The translations under genes were made by a program, and so were the position numbers. Shown one piece after another: positions 1 through 12,505 of a stretch of DNA of 64,000 bases. The DNA is from Tubiluchus corallicola (lineage: Eukaryota > Animalia > Priapulida). Where the stretch lies: contig JAQGDQ010000712.1 of NCBI GenBank assembly GCA_030141605.1, positions 44,665 to 108,664 on the forward strand, in the 5' to 3' direction. Position 1 is the stretch's first letter, and each line of letters starts with the position of its first letter. Below the pieces are notes generated by a model, which was not told the DNA's origin, did no database searches, and was given only the letters and a program-made list of their open reading frames with translations.

Positions 1-229
1 ACATGTTGATCCATTATATTTTTCATCATGGAGGGGGAAACCTAGGCTTAATTTAGTTTACAGTAGTTTATTCCACCCATCTCATGCAATATACGTAACA
101 AAATCAATAACAAAAATGGTGCAATACAATTACTTGGGATGCAGAGAAGTCAAAAGCAAAGTTTGTAAGCCACCCAGTGCTGCCTTAATTAAACATTTAA
201 ATTCCTCCGTGCTACATTGTACTGATATG
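1..229. repeat. Dispersed direct repeat, copy 1 (other copy 1388-1616)
   Basis: About 230 bp, near-identical to 1388-1616 by eye. Confidence 0.9.
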
Positions 230-383
230 TAGTTCTATTGTTTTTGCAAACTGACTCTGAAAAAATGTTTACTATATACAACTGTACATATGAAATTTGT
301 AGACCCATCTAATTTACATAGAATTGCGTAATTCACACACAAATTTATTTTGGGCAATAAAAGTTTCATTTTGTATTATCTAG

Positions 384-498
384 ACTGGGACACAGCAGAC
401 GTGATTGCTGAGCCGCTATTGCAAAAAGTTTCTCACTTTCTCTTAGCATGTTTGTTAAAACACTGTGGGGTTTTAGGCGTGGCGTTACGAAAACTGAG
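384..498 (+). CDS. HERC1: HERC1 exon (window exon 1)
   Basis: tag|AC..AG|gtaagc; [28 protein letters not shown]. Confidence 0.85.
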
Positions 499-3400
499 GT
501 AAGCAGTTGCTAGGACATGCCACTTTGTTTTTTGAAAACAATTGTTGTAGCTTGTTGATATAGTTTCTGTTGTTGCAGTTTTAATGTTTAGTACTTTTTT
601 CCACAATATTTAATACACGAGACAATCAACTTCATTGCCATGCCATAGATTTTAATAACAGTTGCTTGACATTGGGGAGAGGGTGTGACTATGCAGTTAA
701 AAGTAGGCGCAATTGGCTTTGAAGATACCATTTGCGTATGCACTATTAGAGTAATTTCAATGTATTTTGTAAGCTTGTGAACTTTTCTGATTAATTAAAA
801 TTGATAATAAGTGAAATTAAACTTACTAATTTGCTCATGCGTTTGTGAATCTGTGATCAAGCGACTAAAGTGCTGCTTCTGTTGTTGCTACAGACTACAG
901 ACAAATCAAAACTTTTGCCAAATTTCACCTGTTCTCATAGTGCCCGGTGGCATAGGTAAGAGGGGAAGTTAACCGAGGAGCGGTTTTCCCCAGCTAGCAC
1001 TTGATCAAGTGCACAAAAAACTTCTTTCAGAACGTTAGAAAGTCAAAATACCTGACAGTTTAATTTTCCAAAAAGCCTTCTGCCTAAAGTTTGGGACAAA
1101 CGAAGATGATAATTAGTAATTTGATATCTTTGTTATGTTTAAGTAGTTACATTAGTTTTCTGTTTTCAATGTTTCTGTGCAGTACACATCTTGATTTAAC
1201 CATGAAGTACATTTTTATTCACTCTCTCTCTCTCCTGTGTTAGCATTTGAAGAACTTTCTGAGTATCGTGTAGCTTTTAAAGCGTGCAGTGAGAATTTGT
1301 TTCTTCACAAACAAGTAGCAATGCTTTATTATTTGTCACAACTGCAGTGAAACACTGCTAAATGTTACAAATCTAGTATTTAAAATCACATGTGTATCCG
1401 TTATATTTTTCATCACGGAGGGGGGAACCTAGGTTTAATTTAGTTTACAGTAGTTTATTCCACCCATCTCAAGCAATATACATAACAAAATCAATAACAA
1501 AAATGGTGCAATACAATTACTTGGGATGCAGAGAAGTCAGAAGCAAAGTTTGTAAGCCACCCAGTGCTGCCTTAATTAAACAATTAAATTCCTTTGTGCT
1601 ACATTGTGCTGATATGGACATTGACACGTCAAATCATTAATGTAAGTTAAACATGTATTTGTATGTGTGTATCGACGCCTTATAGTGTAAAGATGCTCTA
1701 GGCACAGTGCTCCTTTTTAATAAAGAAAATTATTTCTTAATCTAAAGAGCACTACAAAATCTGTTGACAGGGAGTTTATGCAATGCCTATCATTAACTGC
1801 AGCAGTAACAGAAATCTTCTGGTCACATTGTCTGAAAATTGTTTTCAAAAGGTGTTTATCTCTTTAGGTTGGGTCCCAGCAAGCAGCTAGTGTTTGTCTA
1901 CCGCTGCGTGTACCGAGTGAGACGAAAACTTCTTGCGCTCAAGATATCACAGGAATCGTTGAAATCTCGCAAAGATAAGAAGACTAAAAGTTAGTTTTTT
2001 TATTTTAGTTTCTGGAAATTAACACTATGGTCTAACATCACTTTGCGGCATCTCTTTGTTAGACAAATGAGCTATTGTGTTAATTGCTATTTTATTTCAT
2101 TAATTATTTAGTTTTTGTCGTTTGTGGAAAATATACAGGTGTCATAGGTGTTACTGATTGATTGATTGTAAAGTGTGAAAGTTTGTGAGGTTGAATTCTG
2201 AGGCTTCGAGTTTGAGCCTCATTGCTGAATAATAGTTCAGTGTTCCGGCATTGTTTTTTTTTTAAAATTACCTATGGATTACTTGTTGTATGTTTTAAAA
2301 AGTAAATTTTTTCTAGCTTTTTAAAATTAAGGTCTATCATATTTATTTTATATAATGTGAACTAAAATGTCCATGGTAATAAGTACATTGATGTTTAATA
2401 TGAAAAAATGGCAAAATATTGAATTGAACCTGCAACCTGTTGCACTAATGAGTGATTTGCGTATTTTGAAGGTCAGAAGAGACGTCAAAGTGCCAGATTA
2501 CAGGTGCAATTGAAGGAACATCGGGGTGAGGAGACAAGTAAAGAAGAACTGACAGGTAGTTATACAGTTCTTCTAATTTTTATTTTTTTATTTTAACAAG
2601 CCTTTTGACAGTTTTGCTATGTGCACGTGCAGTTGCTGCAGGTCAAAGGTTAACTGAACCCAGCACGTTTTGCTTAACTACAACCGTCATGTGACCTTAT
2701 ACATACAACTACATGTTGGTGAAACGGGTGAAAAAAATGTATGATATTTCACTTCTATAGCTTTAAACTAATATATTAGTCTTATCTGAAAACAGGTAGC
2801 AAAAGAGCAGCATCAATCTTCGTAAAATGAAATAAATGAAACAAAAATTAATGCCAGGAACTAATACGACAGCATAGGCCTCAAGGCATTGTCAGGTGTG
2901 AACAAATGTGTTGTCTGGTTCACATAACCTTTGACCTTTTCACGATCATCAATCGCTGGAATTGTGAAAAGGCTTATTTATTCACATTAGTTTGAAATAC
3001 GGAAAGTAAATCTGTAAAGCTACAAATAAAATTCAGGATTCGTTACATTATTTTCGGTGTGAAAAAGTGATTTCTTTTCTCGTTTATGCTTGCATTTGTG
3101 GTTTCACTCTGAATTGCTGTTTGGTCATTAGAACTTCTCTCTTGTTTAATTTAACTTGTATTTATATCTTCTGTAAGATGTTAATATAACAATTTGTGGT
3201 GTACTAGCATACAGCTAATATATTAATTTGTAAATTTATAAATTCATAATTTATTAATTCATAAATTTGTTAACACAAATTTTATAAATATTAATAAGTT
3301 GCTGATAAAAAAATGGCTGTGAGCAAAGTAAACCAATCGTCGTTAAAATGAAACATGCATCGTTAAGTGAGAAAAAGGTGTCAAATTGGCAGTGTCATTA

Positions 3401-6400
3401 AAATGAAACATCGCTAAATGGGAAGTCGATAAGCGACGACTTCCTGTATCTTTTCAAAATATAATTTAGCATGTGCACTTGCATATGAGAAAGCATTAAT
3501 TTAAACATTGATTTTCTTTTGCAGTTTTAAATTGAAAAAAACTGTTCAGCATGACAGTTATGATTTAAGATTTTGAGGAGAACTTAATTAGTGACAACAT
3601 TTACAGATGATGCTGATGGTGAATTAGACCAGGTGTTACCTGCCGTGAATACGTATGAGACCACCTGTCAGGCGATCATACAGCGATGTGCGTTTCTGCT
3701 CGTGGGGGTGAAGACTGCTCTGCCAGGAGATGAGGACATTCTCAGTTCTAAACATCGGTTTCTAACGAAGGATGATGCAGGACGTGGCGAGAATAGAGCA
3801 TACAATGTCGAGGACCTGGGAAGCCAAGGTTTTGTTATGTTACTATGTAGCTAGTAAAAACTGGTGTGCCTGACGGGATCAATTCATAAAAAATTCAGAC
3901 AGTGACTATTGGAAAGCCTAGTATTTGTTGCACAGATTATATTGTCTCTGAGTTGGAGCATATTTAATGTTTTTTTATAAAGTGAACTTTTAATTTTGTA
4001 AAGCTACTTTTAATTTGAATGGATCGATTGTTTTTCATCGCAACTTAATGCAAATTAATTTTTAAATAATTTTGGAAGGAGTTTGCAATTCCCCTCACAG
4101 TTTTAAAACCCTATCCCTAACCCTAGCATTAACCCTAACCCTAACCCCAGTCCTAATTGTAACCGTAATCCTAATCCTTGTAACCCTAATCCACTTCACG
4201 AACTAATTTCTTGTGCATGACGAATTCTAAACTTTAGCCATAATTTTTTCTTAAAATTGCCAAAAAGACATCGAAAGTTAGAATTCAAGCCCGTCTTATT
4301 AGTCCTGTCGGTGACATGCTCGATCTTAAGGAGGCTCGGCTTCATTACCGTAGTTTCTTGAACACCCTGGTGACTTGGAGGGAAGAGGATATCTGTTTTG
4401 GGCAGTAATTTATCCCATAACAATGCTTGCTGAGTGCTTTTTAACCAAGTGTGTTTCCAGGAAATTGTAAAAAGTGCTAGAATTGACAGGTTTCTAAACA
4501 TCGGTCAAAAATCTTACTTAATGGTGTTTAACTGTGCCAATTGGTTTTTGTATTGATAAGTTACAGTAGTTTTAGGCAGAGTAACGTAGATTTAAATGCC
4601 AAACATGCGCATAGAGATAGTGCTAGTCTCACACATAAAGTGAAGCCACAGTGGACACCATCATATGGCAAAGAATTGGTGCCATGATGTACAATAGAAA
4701 AACTGCATTCGATTGTATGGCAAAAACAGCCCTTTAGCGACACACGTTTGAAGTATGTTGATTTGTAAGCTAGCAAACTCTCTATACCATTACATGCGGC
4801 ATCACATTTAAATCTATAGGGTAATGGGAACAAGCAGAATAAATGTGCTTAGTGGTGCCATCTACAGGAGATTTATTACATTTACTGGAATAAATTTTTT
4901 GAATTTTTTATATTTACGTTGGCGTCATTTTTGTAACAGTATCAACAGAAAATACATCATTTAAAAATCGATGCCCCCTTTAACTAATTGACTTGGGATG
5001 ATTGTTTTTGGTCTATTTTTTTAGATGACTCTGGCGGGCTAAAGTCTAGTCCGTCGACCAGACCACGGGTCAGTCGCAGTTCACACCCTCATCTGGATCT
5101 GGAGGAGAACCTTTCTTCGGCATTTCCATTTAATCCCAAATATTCAGTAAGTCCACTTTCAGTTATTTTCTTTCCCTTTAATTTATAGTTTTATTAAAGG
5201 ATAGGTAAATATTTTTTAGTACATGCACTCGTCAACTTACGATCACAATCGGGACTGTCTGATTGGTCGTAAGCTGAATTGGACGTAAATCGGACCTGTA
5301 TATTCAAGTAGTGCGACTCTACATGCAAGACTAAGTATGGCGGCACCTACGATTAATTTATCGAAACAGATAGCAATTTAAAGTTAATATGAGTTATAGT
5401 TGGTTTTGTATAATTAATTAATTAAGTTGCAGTTGTCGTAATGTCGCATAGGTCGTAAATCTATAACTACAGTAAGTCCTCGCTTAACGACGCTAATGCA
5501 ATTCAGCAAAATGTGTCACTAAACAAAGCAATGCTTTCTGTAAGAAATAGTGTAGTTGCTTGCAGGAGAAAAATCAATGACACTTGGCTCATAAATTAAG
5601 CACTTTGTAGATTGCTAACAGATCTACATTAAGTATTTGTTTAATTAAAATGATTAGCTAGCATCATTACAACAAAACGTCGCTGAGCTGGGCGGCGTTA
5701 ACCGAGGACTTGGTGTGCTTGTGTTTTGTTAAGTGTAGCTAAATGTTTTAGTTTTATCGTTTATGGCTATAGCTGCCTTGAAATAACTGATTTTTTTAAT
5801 TATATTATATTATCACATTTTTACCCCTCCTTACATGGACTAATATATGTATATTTATCAATCTATTTTACCTCTCAGATATAACAATTACAACATTACA
5901 CCAATTACAACAATTTGATAAAGAGAATTTCAAACAATACTGTCCACTGAACCAAACTACTGTAAGTCATCATAATTCTTAACTTGTGTGCTATAAAACC
6001 CATGCAAGAGAGCAGATGGTATCTGGGAACTCATGTGAGGTAAATGTAAATGCTGAAAAATCAAATTTTGAGTAAATACCATTGAGTAGTCAAAGTATCC
6101 ATTCTCACAGTAGTGGCAAAACAGTTCAGGTCTCTTAATTTGTATATGCACATGCTTAATTATATGACTACTGTTTTAACAAATAATAGTCTTTTCATCA
6201 TTTATATCATACCATATATGAGTTTCGTTCACTATATCACTCCATTCTGAAACACTATTTTTTTCTTTATCACATGGTTCACCTCATAATTTTGAGTTTG
6301 TTTTCATTACTTTTTTACTTTCATAGGGTGGGACAATCTAACAAGTCCTGCTTTTTGATTGCCTGCAACATATTTACATTTATACATAGGCAAACGTAGT

Positions 6401-9400
6401 GTGAAGCTTTTCTTGTACAGAAACTAAAAAATTCTTTTTATTATGTTGATTGTAGGCCTTTTCACTATATTTTGTACATAAAATTATTGCAAATGTGTTA
6501 TGTGAAATAAATAACTTATGGTATACATCGATTAATATGATTGTATTTTGCACGCCTTCTTAAGTTCTTATTTATGTATCACATCTTCAACACGGTGCTG
6601 CTACTACGTTGATTTACTCATCTGTATAGCTTAAAATGAGCAAAAATTTTTGCTTTTGCAAATATCTTTGTTTTATGTCAATGCATCTGTAAAGTTCGGT
6701 AAAAAGTGGATATTTTTGGCTGATTTGTGATTTATGTTTTTCTGCTGTACGTGCAATTCTTCAGTATGAGCAAACAGCAAAGTTAACAAATACCTTTTTC
6801 TTAATTTAGTATTTTCATTCAGAACTTTCACAGAATGTATTCAGTTCCACAAGGTTTGTTGTCTTTTGTATTTACAATTTGATCATGACTGTTGTTTTTT
6901 AGCCGAATCATCAGGGTAGCTCGGAAGATGTATCCCAACAATCTGCTGATTCCAATGGTAATTGCTTTTATGAATTAATTAATTAATGACTTAATAAACT
7001 AGCTTTGGCTCATCGTACACTTATAGTAAAGTGCACAATTTCAATAATTTTTATTTCCAATTGAATACTTACTAAATACGGCCGTTGCAGTATGCTTACA
7101 CGTCTGATCTGCTTGACAAGTAATCATTTATTTCGTTTACATGTTGTTTATTGTTTTCTTTTGTTAAAGCATAAGAAAACCTTTTCATAAATACAGCTTA
7201 AAAATTCTGTTTTGAAAGTTTATATCACTTACTTACTGTCTTATTGCATACAGAGCCTGCAATGGCAGTAATGTTGTGTAAAGCTTGTAAATTTAAACTC
7301 ATTGTAAAAGTCGTTTGAAACTAGTTTAAATAGCATTGCGTAAAATTTGAAAAAGTAATCAGAGCATTTGTTGCGCACTCTTCACTAACTAAGCAAAAGT
7401 TTAAATTACTTTATATTGTCAGCAAGATGAATAATTTGTTTTTTGGCAAATGAGTGGTGCACACTGGGATGGTGATGCAGTGCCGTTTTACCAGGTTGTG
7501 CAAATTTAAATTATTAAGAATTTTCTTGTCTAGTTACATAAGTCTTTCTAGCAAGTAGGCTTAATACTAAGTAATATAACATTGTACGGAAAGTTGTTTA
7601 GGATATATATATATGTATGTATATATTAAAATTCCCTTTTCTTCTCTTCTAATGTTTTATTTAATGAGGTTTTTAGAAACAAGACAAACTATGTTCTGAA
7701 GACATGCTGTTTGAGAGCTTAGGTAATTTCACTGACAAAACAAAAAATTTCAAGATACCAAAACACTACATGACTGTGCAGAATAGTGAACAAATTTTCA
7801 TTTTGTAGTTTTCCTTATTTTTAATGCATCTTGCCCACTAATTTATCCTGAATATTCAGATGATTGTTTATTTCGTGAGTACTGCTCTACCTGTCCTACA
7901 AACTGATTTGTCATGAACTTTGTTAGGCAAGTCCCTTAATGGCGGCAAATTGACACAACCGTACAGTCTTACCGACTAAAAGCCATACAAGAATCCCATA
8001 AGGTGTAGAAAATACAGGGAAGTTTAGTATTAGCATATAAAAAGTTCCCAATGTAACAATGATTATGCCACTGCTGTGTCTAACTTAATTATGTTTCTAT
8101 AGTTATACGTTTAATGTAATTGATAAAAATTGATGGGTTTTCCCTCTGTTGTTGATTTTAGGAACGAATTCTCAGTCATTGAAGTCGGTAAAGGAGGCGC
8201 TACGGCGACTTCGCTGGCGACAAGACCGAATGGGGCTTTCAAGTAGTAGCAGTCGTAGCTTTGCCACAACTAATGTGTTTTATAAACTCGCTCATAGGTA
8301 AGATGCTTAAATTAAGTAGGAATGTTAAATAATACAAATTTGGTGTTATAATAATGATACAATATGATACTTTTTTCCAACAATACTATAAGGATATACT
8401 ATTTTTAGACGATACGATACGATAAATTATTTCGAACGATAAAACGGTACTGAATTTAGACAATTTATACAGCAACAGAAAAAGTATCATTAATAATTTA
8501 AATTATTAAATGCTTCAATGCATTCAGTGCTGTATACTTAAATGGCTGCTAGTTATGAAACACTAGTTTGTTTGTCATAATGATACATAAATAAGTAAAC
8601 TGCGACTAATGAACATATTACTGCAATAAAAATAATTATCTGTATGAGCTGCACATGACTGGGAAAGTGACATTAAAAATAGGATACAGTTACTTGACAT
8701 CTGTGCGTCAGTATCAAAGTGTGTAAAGGGATCTCTATAGATTTGTCAGTATCATTCAAAATGAAGATAGCCGTTATTGCCAGGCAAAAGTACAAGAAAA
8801 TGATTCCCTCTCTGACAAGCTTATAATTTTAAATAATTCTTTTTATCCACTTTTTTGAATAATTATTATAAATAAGTAGAAAAGAAAAGTGAACCAATTT
8901 TATGAAGGTAAGTGATAAACAATGTACCTGCCTAATTCCATATGATATCTGCTGTCATTGCCACCAACTGTATGTGACGGATTTTCCACTTACATATTTA
9001 GTGTGGGGCGAATTATGCATTTATTTCCACCTAGCAGCCAGGATACCGGATGTAGAACAGTTTAAGGCATCGATGTTATCATTATTGGGTCATAAACTTA
9101 AAGCCTGTTCACACCTGCATCTAACTGAGGGTACTTTACTATTCTGACTCCTAAAACGTAAGATGAAAATAGGAATACGAATTTAGATGCATACAAAATT
9201 TATAACAATCATATCAACTGGGTTGCATAACAAAGCTACAAAATAGCGCAGTTTTACGCAAAGCTAAGGGAGTTAGCAGGGGAGTCCACTTAGTGACCCG
9301 AAATGTGAGCTAGTTAGCTAGGTGCAGTCATTGAAATACCGGCTACAGTTCTTACTGTGCACATTCAACTTCGTGTGTTATTGACAGTTAGCATAGCAGT

Positions 9401-12400
9401 TCCAGAGGGCTACCGATGTAATTAACAGGAACGTGATACTGGCAATCGTTGCACATGCAAAGAGAGAGAGAGAGAGAAATCTTTCCCAACATAGGTAAAG
9501 TCACTGTAGACGTTACTACGCATGCGTCAGGTATCGGAGATTTTGGCAGGTGAACAGGCAACTTCACTTTTGCACAGGGGTATGTTAGATAGGCCCTTAA
9601 CACCTAAACTACAATGGCTGTATGTATTTGTCTCACACTTTTCTTTTAACAGACTGTTTTTGTCTTCAAACAGCTTGCTTTTAAATTATGGGAAATTTTT
9701 TTTGTTCTTCATAAGAATTGGTTTATGGCAACTTAAGAAACTGTGTTAATTTGGTAACACATGTTTCATTTCATGCTTTCAGCATAATACAGTTTGTTTG
9801 CGATGACGAGACTGTCGATGGTGGTGTGATGTCGGGGGGTTCCACTGGAGTGTGCACGGAGCCGCATACAGTTGCAGTTGCAATGGAACATCAACAGAGC
9901 AGAGCTGAGGTATAAAATGTAAACTGTTTAGATGGTTTTTAGCAAATATCACTGTCATGGCAACATTAGAGTAGGGGTTGCTGAATGATCATGCTATGTG
10001 CAAGGCTACGTAGATTATGCAACACCAGTTCTGGTTCCCTGTAATTCACTGAACTTTGGTGCATGTGCTGTTGCTATACCACTGCAAAAAAGAAATTGTC
10101 TGTTACTTCCACTCCCGTTTCTGTGTATTGTGTTAAGTTTATTTGAGTACCTTTACTTTTTGTATTTTTCAGTTTACATATAGAAAAGGCAAAATTTGCT
10201 CATTTACACATGTTGATAACAAATTAATTGATTATTTTAATGATCGACTTGGCACTTTTATTTTATTCTAGTGTCGTTTGGAAGCTCTGAATCAAATCCT
10301 GGAGCTCCTATCCACAGCCGACGAAAAGGGGGATGCCGGCTCTTCTGGATCGCAAACCTCTGTCTCTTTTGTTTATACTCCGCCGAGCTTAACGTCTACG
10401 ACTTTGCTGCACTCTGTACATCTACAGTTACTCCAGGGATGCTTCCGTTCAGCCGGGACACAGCTTTGTCATTACCAGGTGGGTATTTTATGCCATCAAG
10501 TGCATATCTTGGTTTAGCATTGTTAAGAACAAACATTGTGAACACGAATACGAGCTCATTTAACGAACAACATTAGCATGTGTAACAAAGTGGTCTGTAC
10601 GATCGTGGAGGTAGTACGCTAATGTTTATTAAGTATGTATTTACAGCTTTGCAAACATCAATGTACATTAGATGACTAAGCTGTTATGTACGGGAAGTAT
10701 TGACCATAATTAGCGCTGTTCTGGATATGATTCATTCATATCATTTCATTCCTCCCTTAAACCCACTGCTTAAAATGTGCCAGGTCTGTCAGGGTCACAG
10801 ACCCAGAACCTAAAATTAAAGACCCTGCACCTAAAGAAAAACACTATCTTGCCGAGTTGTACACTTGGTTTTCTCACCATTTAATAATAGCTATTCGTAA
10901 CACGTGTATAGTGCAATTTCCGTCCTTTAGTCAGCAACATTGCACTGTAGACAATAACAATGGGCACAAGTTGTTTATTGTTATGAGCTGCTGCTACCCC
11001 TTCATAATAACATGCTGCAACTCATTTTTCTTATTGCTTTTCAGGAAAACGAAAAACGTTTCTCGGATAATAAGTAATAATGAGTTAACTCATTTACCGC
11101 AACGTAACTTATTTTGCTTTAAACTTGAAAAGTTAGGTTCAACAAAGGTGCACTATGGTGTAACAAAATTTAGCTGTAATCAGTTGGCGTGATTGTCTTT
11201 GGCAGAAGTATGTCAACATGTAAATTGGAGCTAGTGTACCTTGCTGTACTTCATTTTCTCGGTGATTCTTCGCTGTTAAACGGTTTGAATATGCCAAGAT
11301 TTATACAGAGTAATGTATAAAAATTAGCTAATGAAAGCTAGTTAATTCACTGATTAAATAGCAACTGCCGTTTTTGAATTAAGACCTAAATTTTGTATCT
11401 TTAATGGCAAAAAACATTTGAAAACTACTTACTGAACTGAACTTTTTTCCGACCATTAAAGGCATCAATTGCCTAAAATGGAATTTAGTGGAAAAGTGGA
11501 AGGGTAAATGAGGAAAGTGTGTTGGTTTTTGTCCAATGTAAGCTCCGAATTCCACTGCGGGAGCTTACACCGCTCCCCCAGCCCTCGTAGCTATTTCTCG
11601 TTCTGTTTGCCATGACATCCTTTGTCCTAAACAAATACACTTTGAGCACTGCTTAAACCCTGACGTTCGCAAATGGCTCAACTTTCAGTATCGCATACCG
11701 TTTTTTTGTGACGTCTTGCACCAATAGATTGAAAACACATCACACAAAAAAAACAAATCACTTGTAAGGTGTATGCATAACCTAGCATTGGCAGCCACAG
11801 AACTCAAGACCAAAACAGCGGAGACCACTTTATCATTGGACCCGGTATCCATTTATTACACGTGAATTTTAACTCTCTGCTAGTATTCAGCACATATCTT
11901 GGGAATGTTTTCACAAAGATTCCAGTTGAAAATCTAACAGTGGTAAACCTATGAACATGGTTGCGATTGTCGGATTAACGTCTTTTACTATGGGTTTTGT
12001 TGACTAGTTAATAAATAAACCTGTTTTGCAATGAATTATCCCCTTGTTATTCCCCTTGTGTTATGTTATTCCTTTCTTGCAATGCATACATTGCTTCTTT
12101 TCGTTGAATGAGCTACATTGTGGCTAAGATCCATGATCAGGTGAATGTCTGAAATCCATTGAGTGGTCACCATTTTTCACTGATGATCTATCAATCTGGG
12201 TGTTAGGTTTTAGTTAAAATTTTTCATTTTTTATCTCAGGATGGTATCAAGGCAGCTAACAGTAGCACTCAACATCAGATACAGACGGCCGTGCATCGTA
12301 TCTATGAGCATCTGGTCAGCACCTTATGTGATAACGAGCAGTACGGCTCTATAAAAAAAGGTGAGCACTAATTAAGCACTTAGAAGCTATATTGTCTGAT

Positions 12401-12454
12401 TAACAGGAACGTACTTGGTGATGTGTAAAGTATGTTAATGTTGTTTTTATGTTA

Positions 12455-12505
<51 letters not shown>

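Noticed and set aside
6327-6345. Strong acceptor-like ttttttactttcatag
   Set aside because: In-frame stop after four codons and no convincing donor.
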